Below are positions 9,504-17,905 of a DNA stretch of 64,000 bases, piece by piece (position 1 is the first letter of the stretch; each line of letters opens with the position of its first letter). The translations under genes were made by a program, and so were the position numbers. Source of the stretch: an uncultured virus (IMG/VR IMGVR_UViG_3300021964_000043) (Duplodnaviria; Heunggongvirae; Uroviricota; Caudoviricetes); the IMG/VR virus record IMGVR_UViG_3300021964_000043; one strand, written 5' to 3'. The notes below the pieces were generated by a model. It did no database searches. It was not told the origin of the DNA and saw only the letters and a program-made list of their open reading frames with translations.

Positions 9504-9968
9504 TTATACCACCGTGAATGTTCCATTAACTACGATCTCAGCGTTAATACTAACTGGACCTGCAACCATTGCATTTTGGTTTGCACCAACAGTAACATTA
9601 CTATCGATCGTATTTGTATTTATTCTCACTGGAGTATTGGTTACTGCCAATGAACTTGCAAGCTTGGCTGGTGTAATTACGTTATCTGAGACTGTGGCAA
9701 CATTATGAGCTGAACCAAGAGCTAAGATAAAGTCTACTGCATCGGTCGAGGCAAGTGCTGAGGCAAAAGTAATTTGCGAACCCGATATTGTATATGAAGT
9801 ACCTGCTCTTTGTATTGCGCCATTTACCGATACCAAAAGCTGTTCGGCTTTGTAATTGCTAACGGCAGATCCACTTTTTTCAAGCGTATAAGTTTGTGAC
9901 CCATCAGTTACGATGTTGTCCAACATTACGTGATCGCCATAAGAGGCTTGGTTGCCTATCATACTCAT
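9504..9968 (-). CDS. Tail fibre adaptor-like structural protein; paralog of 4370..4834
   Basis: LLVSVNGAIQ...YTISGSQITF; C-terminal NAMVAGPV...GTFTVV. Confidence 0.65.
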   Translation of the reverse strand: MSMIGNQASYGDHVMLDNIVTDGSQTYTLEKSGSAVSNYKAEQLLVSVNGAIQRAGTSYTISGSQITFASALASTDAVDFILALGSAHNVATVSDNVITPAKLASSLAVTNTPVRINTNTIDSNVTVGANQNAMVAGPVSINAEIVVNGTFTVV

Positions 9969-10468
9969 TGTGCGATCTCCATAGCTGTCATAAAGACTTT
10001 GCTTGGGTCATAATCCATGTAAATTGTTCCTGTCCCATTCTTAGCAATATACAATTTGTAGATATGTGGAGTGGTATTATTTACCAAAGATGAATCAACT
10101 GCACCGCATGAAGTTGTTGACATATGGTTACTACTACCAGCGTAAGCATTGACTAAACCATTATTCGCTCCAGCTGACAAATCAACATCAGATTGCCCAC
10201 TGACTGACCTATATATTGTGGCATAACCTCGCGTGTCACTACTAGCACAGAATAAGCTACCACCGTGTACTTGGATTATAATTTTACTGTTAGCAAACAA
10301 GGGCGTTATTGAAACACTATGGTTTGTGTATAAGTAAGTAGTTTGTGCAGATGTAGAAACACTTGAACCAGTCCTAGATGCTTCTTGTACTTGAATAACA
10401 CTCCCTGCTGGTATATCACTTGCAACTAAAGCCGATTGCATATTTGTTGGTATTTTACTAAGTGCCAT
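9965..10468 (-). CDS. Short tail fibre/adhesin-like protein (EIAQ family)
   Basis: Likely start MALSKIP at 10468; PAGSVIQV...ITPLFANSKII...MEIAQ. Confidence 0.7.
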   Translation of the reverse strand: MALSKIPTNMQSALVASDIPAGSVIQVQEASRTGSSVSTSAQTTYLYTNHSVSITPLFANSKIIIQVHGGSLFCASSDTRGYATIYRSVSGQSDVDLSAGANNGLVNAYAGSSNHMSTTSCGAVDSSLVNNTTPHIYKLYIAKNGTGTIYMDYDPSKVFMTAMEIAQ

Positions 10469-10713
10469 TATGGTTTCTCCGGCCAAGTCAAATCTTCCCA
10501 CAAAATATAACCTTTATCATTTGTAGGAATGGATAGTTCATCCATAAAGTCTCTTAGTTCTTGTCTGTATATTGCCCATTTAGTTTTATCTGAATCTGAA
10601 AGAGGACTATCATTATGCTGTGTCCAATCAGATTCTTGCAAAAGATTGTTTCTATGTGCTCTAATTTCATGTTCATGCCATTGAGCATTTGTCCAATTTG
10701 TAGTATCAACCAT
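10468..10713 (-). CDS. Tail fibre assembly chaperone-like protein
   Basis: IRAHRNNLLQESDWTQ..DSPL...WAIYRQELRD...WPEKP. Confidence 0.75.
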   Translation of the reverse strand: MVDTTNWTNAQWHEHEIRAHRNNLLQESDWTQHNDSPLSDSDKTKWAIYRQELRDFMDELSIPTNDKGYILWEDLTWPEKP

Positions 10714-10715
10714 TT

Positions 10716-11699
10716 TTATCTAATCCCATAAAGTTCTGCAACAACTCTGCAATTTGAATTTGTAGAACCACTGTCACCACCTCCAGCATCACCAGCATCA
10801 AAGTTCAAATTCAGTTTAGCAATTTTATCGGTACTGGTAACTCTAATAGAACCGTTTGCTCTTGCTGCGCCAACACCGGCATATTGCCAATTTGATTGCA
10901 ATTGCATAGTTGCATTTTGAGCCCCAGTGTTTGGATGATTATGAATATATCCAGTTAATGTACAAGCCATTTGTTTGTATTGTCTGTATGCAAATCTGAA
11001 ATAACCACCATTTGCACCAGTTTGTGGAGTATTGACGCTGCTGCTGGCATTATAACCATGCATGGTCATTGCCATATTTAATAAAGTACCACTTGTATTT
11101 ACTGGTGTTAGATAATAATGTTGGTTTCCATCTGCTCCAGTAGCATCAACATTTATACTAAACCAAAATGTATTATAGTCATTAATATAACTAGAAAAAT
11201 CTAATATAACCACATTACCGCCATAATCTACATTACTAGTATCAGTTCTACTAGCTAAAAGATTATATCCATTTGGATTTGTAAAGTTACTAACAGTCTT
11301 TCCACTAAAACTTAATGCAGAAGGTAGTTTTGCCATAGTAACTGCATTGTTCGTAATCTTTGAAGTAGTAACTGCATTTGAAGCAATCTTTGAGCTGTGT
11401 ACCGAGCCATCGTCAGGAATAACCTGTTGAGTAGTAATATGTTTTGAAGCATTATAGATAACGTAAACGTTATTAGTACCTGCACTTGGTGCACCAGAAA
11501 ATGTAAGAGTTGTACCACTTACCGAGTATGAACTATCATAAGGTGATTGTTGGACATTATCAACAAGCACTTCGATATCATTTACACTTCCTACTGCCTG
11601 ACTTAAAGTAAAAGCGGTTGTTGATCCATCACCATTGAATGAATCGTTGGCAATAGTAAGAGCTTGTCCAGCCGCTAGTTGATTACCAAGCATTCCCAT
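10716..11699 (-). CDS. Tail fibre protein
   Basis: Likely start MGMLGNQ at 11699; FNGDGSTTAFTL module, IASNAVTTSKI repeats, variable C-terminal domain. Confidence 0.7.
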   Translation of the reverse strand: MGMLGNQLAAGQALTIANDSFNGDGSTTAFTLSQAVGSVNDIEVLVDNVQQSPYDSSYSVSGTTLTFSGAPSAGTNNVYVIYNASKHITTQQVIPDDGSVHSSKIASNAVTTSKITNNAVTMAKLPSALSFSGKTVSNFTNPNGYNLLASRTDTSNVDYGGNVVILDFSSYINDYNTFWFSINVDATGADGNQHYYLTPVNTSGTLLNMAMTMHGYNASSSVNTPQTGANGGYFRFAYRQYKQMACTLTGYIHNHPNTGAQNATMQLQSNWQYAGVGAARANGSIRVTSTDKIAKLNLNFDAGDAGGGDSGSTNSNCRVVAELYGIR

Positions 11700-11700
11700 C

Positions 11701-12030
11701 TTATGTCTGCTCCACAATTGACATAATAATATCAAGTGATGTTGCTGTTGTGCTTACAGCTTTAATTTCATCACCAGGTTCAAGAATTACTTTTTGTTCT
11801 CCACCAATAGGAACTAATGTACCACCAACTGCAATTGTCGCATTTTTGACAATATAATAATCAGTACCGCCAGATGTCAAGTAAATATCGACGTTAATCT
11901 GTGTATTGGTATGAATATTTGAACAGGTCATACCAATAATGATTGTCTTTGTACTTGCTGGACAGGTATAAAGCGTGGTGGCGGAAGTTCCAATACTGCT
12001 TGAGAGTTCGTTTTTAAGAGTGTTTGCCAT
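11701..12030 (-). CDS. Small structural protein (MANTFK family)
   Basis: MANTLK...TLYTCPA...QKVILEPGD...SIVEQT. Confidence 0.65.
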   Translation of the reverse strand: MANTLKNELSSSIGTSATTLYTCPASTKTIIIGMTCSNIHTNTQINVDIYLTSGGTDYYIVKNATIAVGGTLVPIGGEQKVILEPGDEIKAVSTTATSLDIIMSIVEQT

Positions 12031-12032
12031 TT

Positions 12033-12431
12033 CTATCCACCAAAGATTAGTGCGTTAAGTAAAGAGTTACCGTCGTCAGTAACATCGTTTGCTGCGATTT
12101 TTGTATCGATTTTTGTATCAATTCTATTATCAGCTTCACTTTTTGTATAATGATTTGCAACCTGAAATTGTTTATCAACGAAAATTACAACTTCATCATT
12201 TACTGTCGCTCCAGTTGTAAAAGTAACAGTATTTACGGTTAAGGTATATTCAGTAGTGTCCATAAGCACGCCATTTAGAAAAACACGCGCGTTACTAGTT
12301 GGTGCAATGCTAAGTGTGACCCCAGCAGAGTCAGCTCCAGTAAAAGCGGTTTGACCAGCAGTTGCTACGTATTTCAGAATTTGATTCTGATTTAACGTAC
12401 CAGTATTTGGATCATTACCTAAATATGCCAT
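12033..12431 (-). CDS. Tail fibre adaptor-like protein ending in ALIFGG
   Basis: ATAGQTAF...VFLNGVL module. Confidence 0.65.
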   Translation of the reverse strand: MAYLGNDPNTGTLNQNQILKYVATAGQTAFTGADSAGVTLSIAPTSNARVFLNGVLMDTTEYTLTVNTVTFTTGATVNDEVVIFVDKQFQVANHYTKSEADNRIDTKIDTKIAANDVTDDGNSLLNALIFGG

Positions 12432-12432
12432 A

Positions 12433-12768
12433 TTATGTTTGCTCCATAATACTTAAAGTCGTATCGATACTATTTGCTGTATTCGATTGGACCTTTAATA
12501 CGTCGCCAGTTTCAAGAACAACTTTATTCCCTGCCATAACCTCAAGAGCAGAGCCTTGTGGAAGAGGAACGTCATTCAAAAAGGTAACATTGTCACCATC
12601 AGCATTTTCGATCAATACTTTAGCTGCAATAGACTGTGTAACAATGTTTGATAAGGTCAAACCAATTACGATAGTCGTAGTGGCAGCAGGTGTAGTATAG
12701 ACCGTAATGGCTGTATTGGCAGCAGTTGATCCACCCGTCGCAGTTTTTAGTTTAAATGTATTTGCCAT
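12433..12768 (-). CDS. Small structural protein (MANTFK family)
   Basis: MANTFK...VYTTPAATTTIVIGL...GNKVVLETGD...SIMEQT. Confidence 0.65.
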   Translation of the reverse strand: MANTFKLKTATGGSTAANTAITVYTTPAATTTIVIGLTLSNIVTQSIAAKVLIENADGDNVTFLNDVPLPQGSALEVMAGNKVVLETGDVLKVQSNTANSIDTTLSIMEQT

Positions 12769-12772
12769 TTGT

Positions 12773-14059
12773 TTATCCTAATGCAATTGCCAATGCTACG
12801 GCATCGTCTTCTGGGTTGAAAGCCAAATCTGTTTTAGTAATTGTTCCATCTGCAATTTTAGCAGATGTTACAGCGCTATTTTGAATTTTTACAGTTGAAA
12901 CCGAATTATCAGCTGGTACTAAAATTGATGCACCAACGTAATATCTAACCAAAATCGAGGCTCCATTAGCTGGTGCACTCGTAAAGGTTAATGTTGTTCC
13001 AGTTGCGGTATAAGCTGTTTGTGGTGTTTGCATAACTGCAGCCACAGTAACCAATAAGTGTTTTGCTTCAAGTACAGACTGGCTAAGAGTAAATGCAGTA
13101 GTAGTACCATCACCAGTAAATGTATCATAATTGAATACACTTGGTGCCATTTTCTGAAATGTAATCGATCCATCACTTGGAATGCCAGTTGAAGAAACTG
13201 GTCCATATACAACTACAGCTTCAGTTCCAGTTGGAAGATTAGAAGTAAATGTAATTGTTTGAGGTGAAGCAAGCACATCAATAGTATAGTGAGTTGATGG
13301 ATCTTGAAGAATACCACCAACAAATACAAATGGAGCTAATGGAGACCCAGCATCACCAGTAAGATTATAGGTCGCGGTCGATCCATTGCCTGTAAAAATA
13401 TCTCTTGTATATGCCGAAGCTGCAAGCTTTGCGGCAGTAACAGTTCCATCGCCTGGAATATTAACTGTGGTAAGAGGTGTAGTACCAAAAGCTTCAATTC
13501 TTGCTGAATTTACTGGTGCACTTGTAAAAGTTAAAGTAGTGCCAGATAAAGTAAAGTTATTACCTGGATACTGAATAACACCATCAACAAATACAAGAAT
13601 ATCATTTTGACCAGCGTATACTTGAGTTAAAGTAAACGCTGTGGTTGTGCCATCACCTGTAAAGGAATCACGAGAAGACTGACCAAGAGTAACACCACCA
13701 AATTCTAGAGCAGTTCCAGCAGAATTTACCTGAACAATTTTACCACCATTATTAGTATAGGTGGTTTCTGATACATCAGTAAGCCCTAAAAAATTAGTAG
13801 AAATTGCAGTCCAGTCATAATCACTACCAGACCAACTTAATACCTCATTTGCATTTGCAGTACTCGTATTAAGATGAGTATCTACGTCTGCATCAGTATA
13901 ATAAGAAGGAGTAATAAACGACAGGTTACCGCTACCATCAGTCTGAATGACCTGGCCAGATGTGCCGTCTGCTGTTGGAAATACTAAAGTAGTAGTACTG
14001 CCTGAGAGTGTATTTACTTCGAGTCCGTGTTTGACTCGAAATTTTTTATTTGTCGCCAT
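12773..14059 (-). CDS. Tail fibre protein with three tandem FTGDG modules, ending in ALAIALG
   Basis: Three FTG(D/N)G.T..(F/Y).L...V.G..Q.P repeats. Confidence 0.7.
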   Translation of the reverse strand: MATNKKFRVKHGLEVNTLSGSTTTLVFPTADGTSGQVIQTDGSGNLSFITPSYYTDADVDTHLNTSTANANEVLSWSGSDYDWTAISTNFLGLTDVSETTYTNNGGKIVQVNSAGTALEFGGVTLGQSSRDSFTGDGTTTAFTLTQVYAGQNDILVFVDGVIQYPGNNFTLSGTTLTFTSAPVNSARIEAFGTTPLTTVNIPGDGTVTAAKLAASAYTRDIFTGNGSTATYNLTGDAGSPLAPFVFVGGILQDPSTHYTIDVLASPQTITFTSNLPTGTEAVVVYGPVSSTGIPSDGSITFQKMAPSVFNYDTFTGDGTTTAFTLSQSVLEAKHLLVTVAAVMQTPQTAYTATGTTLTFTSAPANGASILVRYYVGASILVPADNSVSTVKIQNSAVTSAKIADGTITKTDLAFNPEDDAVALAIALG

Positions 14060-14096
14060 GATTCCTCTGTTTCACTGTCCACAGTGGATTATAGAG

Positions 14097-15542
14097 TTAT
14101 TTATAAATATTTTGCTTTAGATATTCATAATGACTTGGCATTTGACCAACTAAATATTGTAAATCTTTTATATGCTCTTTCAAACTATTGACCATAACGT
14201 CACCATGATCAAAATTAAATTGATCGACATCTAATTCTCTTTTGAATCCCATACCAGCTCCAATATAAATCGTGCCTTCACCATTATCAGGTAATGCATA
14301 ATCTATATTTTCAGTAATGTACCTCCAATATGGCGTATCTTCTCGAGTACTCATTGCATAGTGAATAGCCACGAAATTTGAAAGAACAGTAATGGCGTCA
14401 TCACATTTTAAGTTAAATGCTTGTCTATTCAAATTGTTAATTTTATTTCCACGCATCGTTAATTGATGTAATAGATACAAAATATTTTCGTGTGTTGTAA
14501 GCAATCCAGTTGATTCTAACGGTTCAATAAATCCATAAGATAAACCAATTGCTACCACATTTTTATGCCAGGCCTTTTTATGTTTACCATGACGGAATTT
14601 AATATGACGTACGTCTCCATCCCAGTTAACTTCCTCTCTAAACTCAGCCTCAGCTTCTTCTTTTGTCAAAAAGTCTGAACTATAGACATACCCAGTTCCA
14701 ATACGTGACCAAAGAGGAATATCCCATAGCCAACCAGAACTTAATGCTTTACAGTCAGTCACACAAGTCATTCTATTGATTTTATCTTCTTCATTTTTAT
14801 ATGGAATACGAGCTGCAACTGCTGAATCGTTAGGAAGAGTTTTGAATTTTTCAAACTCAACACCCATTACTTTTTCGATAAGCAAAGCGGCAAATCCAGT
14901 GCAGTCAATAAACAAATCTGCATTTAATACAACACCATCTTCAGTAATAAGATATAATAAATTGCCTTCGTCGTCCTTTTGATGTGAGACAACGTCATCA
15001 ACAATATGTCTTACTTTATTACAATATCGATTTTTCAAATACTGACCAAAAGCATCAGCGTCCATATGATATGCAATATCTTTGTCTGGATCATATCCAA
15101 ACTCATCAATTTTATCGCCCCACATTTTATTATCTTCAGCCATAAGAGCGTTAATTGAATGCGATCTTGCAAAATCACGATCATCTAATTCACCAGGACT
15201 ATTTGCTTGGACTGTAAAAAAGTCTGGCATTCTAGTGACTTCATGAGCTTTCATACCACCAAAAGGATATTGAAAGGTGTATCCTTTTTCTCTAAAGTCA
15301 GTAAATTGAATTGAGGTTTTATAAGTGGCTGAACATTCTTTCATCCACTCTTCGTCTTTCAAATCTAAAAGACGCATAAATCGATTGATATGACCAAGGG
15401 TTGACTCACCAACACCAACATTACCAATTCGTTTTGATTCAATAAGAGTAAGTTTAATGTCTGGACATTTATAAGCTAAAGCAGCAGCTGTCATCCAGCC
15501 TGAAGAACCGCCACCAACAATTACTATATTTTTTACTTCCAT
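14097..15542 (-). CDS. Flavin-dependent halogenase (tryptophan halogenase/PrnA family)
   Basis: GGGSSG FAD motif, GVGEST, CSATYK (catalytic Lys position), WLWDIP, FIEPLESTG. Confidence 0.9.
   Translation of the reverse strand: MEVKNIVIVGGGSSGWMTAAALAYKCPDIKLTLIESKRIGNVGVGESTLGHINRFMRLLDLKDEEWMKECSATYKTSIQFTDFREKGYTFQYPFGGMKAHEVTRMPDFFTVQANSPGELDDRDFARSHSINALMAEDNKMWGDKIDEFGYDPDKDIAYHMDADAFGQYLKNRYCNKVRHIVDDVVSHQKDDEGNLLYLITEDGVVLNADLFIDCTGFAALLIEKVMGVEFEKFKTLPNDSAVAARIPYKNEEDKINRMTCVTDCKALSSGWLWDIPLWSRIGTGYVYSSDFLTKEEAEAEFREEVNWDGDVRHIKFRHGKHKKAWHKNVVAIGLSYGFIEPLESTGLLTTHENILYLLHQLTMRGNKINNLNRQAFNLKCDDAITVLSNFVAIHYAMSTREDTPYWRYITENIDYALPDNGEGTIYIGAGMGFKRELDVDQFNFDHGDVMVNSLKEHIKDLQYLVGQMPSHYEYLKQNIYK
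14098..14105 (-). promoter_or_regulatory. T4-type late promoter TATAAATA
   Basis: Exact match overlapping the halogenase stop codon, upstream of 12773..14059. Confidence 0.6.
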
Positions 15543-16105
15543 ACTATGCTCGTTAATTGATCTTCTTTTCCAGCTTTTCCTTTTACCATAATATTAAAAG
15601 ATATGCTAATTCTTGGGTTTGGTGATTTATTTACTGGAACCCAGTGTTGTAACCAAGCAGGAAAAATTAAAATGCTATTTGGAATAACTGGATAATGCCA
15701 AGAATCTGAATTTTGAACAATATATTCTTTTACTGTAGGAGCAATTGATCCTATATTTTTTGAATCAAAAAATTCAATTGGTGGATGATCAGGATCTCCA
15801 GTAGGATAATAAACGCCACTCAATAAGCTATTTCCATGATTATGTGGCCTATGGTCTTCATATTGATTCATCACGTTATACCACATAGTATTCAAATATA
15901 GTTCACAATCCCAATTCATATACTCTGCGTACTGATTAGATAAATCTAAAACAGCATCTGCCAAAGGTTTGAATTCTTCTTCTTTGTGAATGTGTGGTTT
16001 ACTGTGCCTTTGAGTAAGATCAATAGAATCTAAAAGATCATTTGGTTTTTCAATAACATTATATTCAGCTAAAACTGATGTAGGAAATAACGAGTCAATT
16101 ATCAT
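15533..16105 (-). CDS. Fe(II)/2-oxoglutarate oxygenase (TIGR02466-like)
   Basis: HNHGNSLLSGVYY...IFPAWLQHWV...RISISFN. Confidence 0.85.
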   Translation of the reverse strand: MIIDSLFPTSVLAEYNVIEKPNDLLDSIDLTQRHSKPHIHKEEEFKPLADAVLDLSNQYAEYMNWDCELYLNTMWYNVMNQYEDHRPHNHGNSLLSGVYYPTGDPDHPPIEFFDSKNIGSIAPTVKEYIVQNSDSWHYPVIPNSILIFPAWLQHWVPVNKSPNPRISISFNIMVKGKAGKEDQLTSIVWK

Positions 16106-16635
16106 CTCGCTTCCCATCCAAAATTTATAGACACCACAATACGATCTTCGTCTAATTCATTTGCTTCAGTTTTATGAAGTAAAAAAGCTGGAAATATTAT
16201 GAGGTCTTTTTCTTCTAATGGAATTGTAATCAATGGCTCATCATAACGTCTTTCTCTTCCTTGATAAATGTCTAAAGGATTTCGAAAAACTAGATTACCA
16301 TTGCCAGGCTTAAATTGAGGATACCATACAGCTGCTAGTTCGCATGGGCCATGATGATGCCAATCGGTCCAACCACCTTTACCATGACGATTAGACCAAG
16401 CCTGAAGCAAAAGTGGTTTTGATTCAGGATTCATACCATACTCAAGCCAAAACTTATCAGCTTCAGCTAATATAGTATCATGGATTTCTTTTGGAATAAT
16501 TAAAGTTTGACCATTATTTTCAGATGATTCAGCATCTCCTATTTCTAAAAGATGCTGTGCATAATTACATTCTGGAATCCAATCGGTATTTAACTTTGTT
16601 GCCCAAATAGGTAACTCAACTAATATATTTTTCAT
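16102..16635 (-). CDS. Fe(II)/2-oxoglutarate oxygenase (TIGR02466-like)
   Basis: HHH...AVWY...IIFPAFLLHKT...RIVVSIN. Confidence 0.85.
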   Translation of the reverse strand: MKNILVELPIWATKLNTDWIPECNYAQHLLEIGDAESSENNGQTLIIPKEIHDTILAEADKFWLEYGMNPESKPLLLQAWSNRHGKGGWTDWHHHGPCELAAVWYPQFKPGNGNLVFRNPLDIYQGRERRYDEPLITIPLEEKDLIIFPAFLLHKTEANELDEDRIVVSINFGWEAR

Positions 16636-16670
16636 TTCACTTCCAATAACAAATTATTTAGAATTATATA

Positions 16671-17060
16671 TTAAGCTTCCCAAGCTGGATTTTCGATTGT
16701 TCCATTTGCTATTGCTTCAATATAATCTGGCTGTTCACTGGGTGGCGCATTCGCAGCTTTGACTGCCGCAATATGATCTTTCCACTCAGTTGTACCATTA
16801 ACAGCATCACGATATTGCATATCGAGCTGTTCACCAACATCACCATAAGCAATTCTACGTCTCATGGCATAATCAACTGGTGGCTCATCTCTTTCTACAA
16901 AAGCACCATTTCTCATAATCCAGTTTAAGTTAACTGAATCATTAGAACAATCTACCCATTTCATTGTAGCACCATCACCTTCATAAATTTCATACTCTTG
17001 ACCAGGTTCTACAATTTCCATAATTGTTCCCAAAAAGGACACTAAACATTTCTTAGCCAT
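16671..17060 (-). CDS. Probable tail fibre assembly/chaperone protein
   Basis: RRIAYGDVGEQLDMQY...WKDHIAAVK pattern; coupled to the upstream fibre gene; start MAKKCL at 17060. Confidence 0.55.
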   Translation of the reverse strand: MAKKCLVSFLGTIMEIVEPGQEYEIYEGDGATMKWVDCSNDSVNLNWIMRNGAFVERDEPPVDYAMRRRIAYGDVGEQLDMQYRDAVNGTTEWKDHIAAVKAANAPPSEQPDYIEAIANGTIENPAWEA

Positions 17061-17902
17061 TATGCATACTCCCAAACTACGATGCAACCATGTTTACCGT
17101 TTGCACCTCTATGCGCTGATGCGTAAGCACCTGTTCCGCCGCCACCGGGTGCTGCGTGTGTTTCATGGCCGCTAGGATAATTAGCTTGGCCACTATGAGC
17201 ACCATGTGTTCCACCACCAAAATAAGAAGCTGCACCAGTGCCAGAAGAATTTGGTCCATGGCCGCCGCCACCTCCACCATAAATGTTAATATTGCCACCA
17301 GAGCCTACGCCTCCAACACCACCACTATGGCTACCTTGACTATTAGCTCCATGGCCACCGCTAGCTGAAAGATATGAACCAAACGATGATGAACCACCAT
17401 TTCCGCCTTGGTTGCTATAAGTAACACCACCACCGCCAGTGCCAACAGTAACTGTTACTGTTGTAATTGAAGTGGCATCAATAACTTCTTCTGCATAACC
17501 TCCAGCACCGCCGCCTTCAGCATGACCAGAACCACCACCGCCAGCGCCTACAACTTGAACACGAATAAATTTAATTCCAGCTGGTTTTGTATATGTGCCT
17601 GAAGATATAAAATACTGACAAGATACTGGACCACTATTACCAATTTCAATAGCTGTACCAGCGTCATTTACTTGAAGTGTTTGACCATAGGTACCAGAAT
17701 TGGTATTTAACTTAGCAGCAGTAATTGCACCAGTTGCTAAGTTATTTAGATCTTCGCGAAGAAGCGGAAATCCACCCGCTTGATAATTATCATGTACGAC
17801 CGCAGTGTCCTTATCAGTGTCAATGGTTAATTCACCAACTTCACCAGTAAAGGAAGAGTGCTCGGCGGTAGTACCTCTCCTTAATTGTAATTGTTTTGCC
17901 AT
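17060..17902 (-). CDS. Tail fibre protein: Mtd_N-like N-terminus plus Gly/His-rich C-terminal domain
   Basis: QLRRGTTAEH...VVHD; SSGTYTKPAG...VVGAGGGG...G.G.VVWEY glycine-rich domain. Confidence 0.75.
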   Translation of the reverse strand: MAKQLQLRRGTTAEHSSFTGEVGELTIDTDKDTAVVHDNYQAGGFPLLREDLNNLATGAITAAKLNTNSGTYGQTLQVNDAGTAIEIGNSGPVSCQYFISSGTYTKPAGIKFIRVQVVGAGGGGSGHAEGGGAGGYAEEVIDATSITTVTVTVGTGGGGVTYSNQGGNGGSSSFGSYLSASGGHGANSQGSHSGGVGGVGSGGNINIYGGGGGGHGPNSSGTGAASYFGGGTHGAHSGQANYPSGHETHAAPGGGGTGAYASAHRGANGKHGCIVVWEYA

Positions 17903-17905
17903 TTA

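Noticed and set aside
14102..14109. Plus-strand TATAAATA
   Set aside because: Mirror half of the palindrome TATTTATAAATA; it would point antisense into the halogenase with no supported gene downstream.
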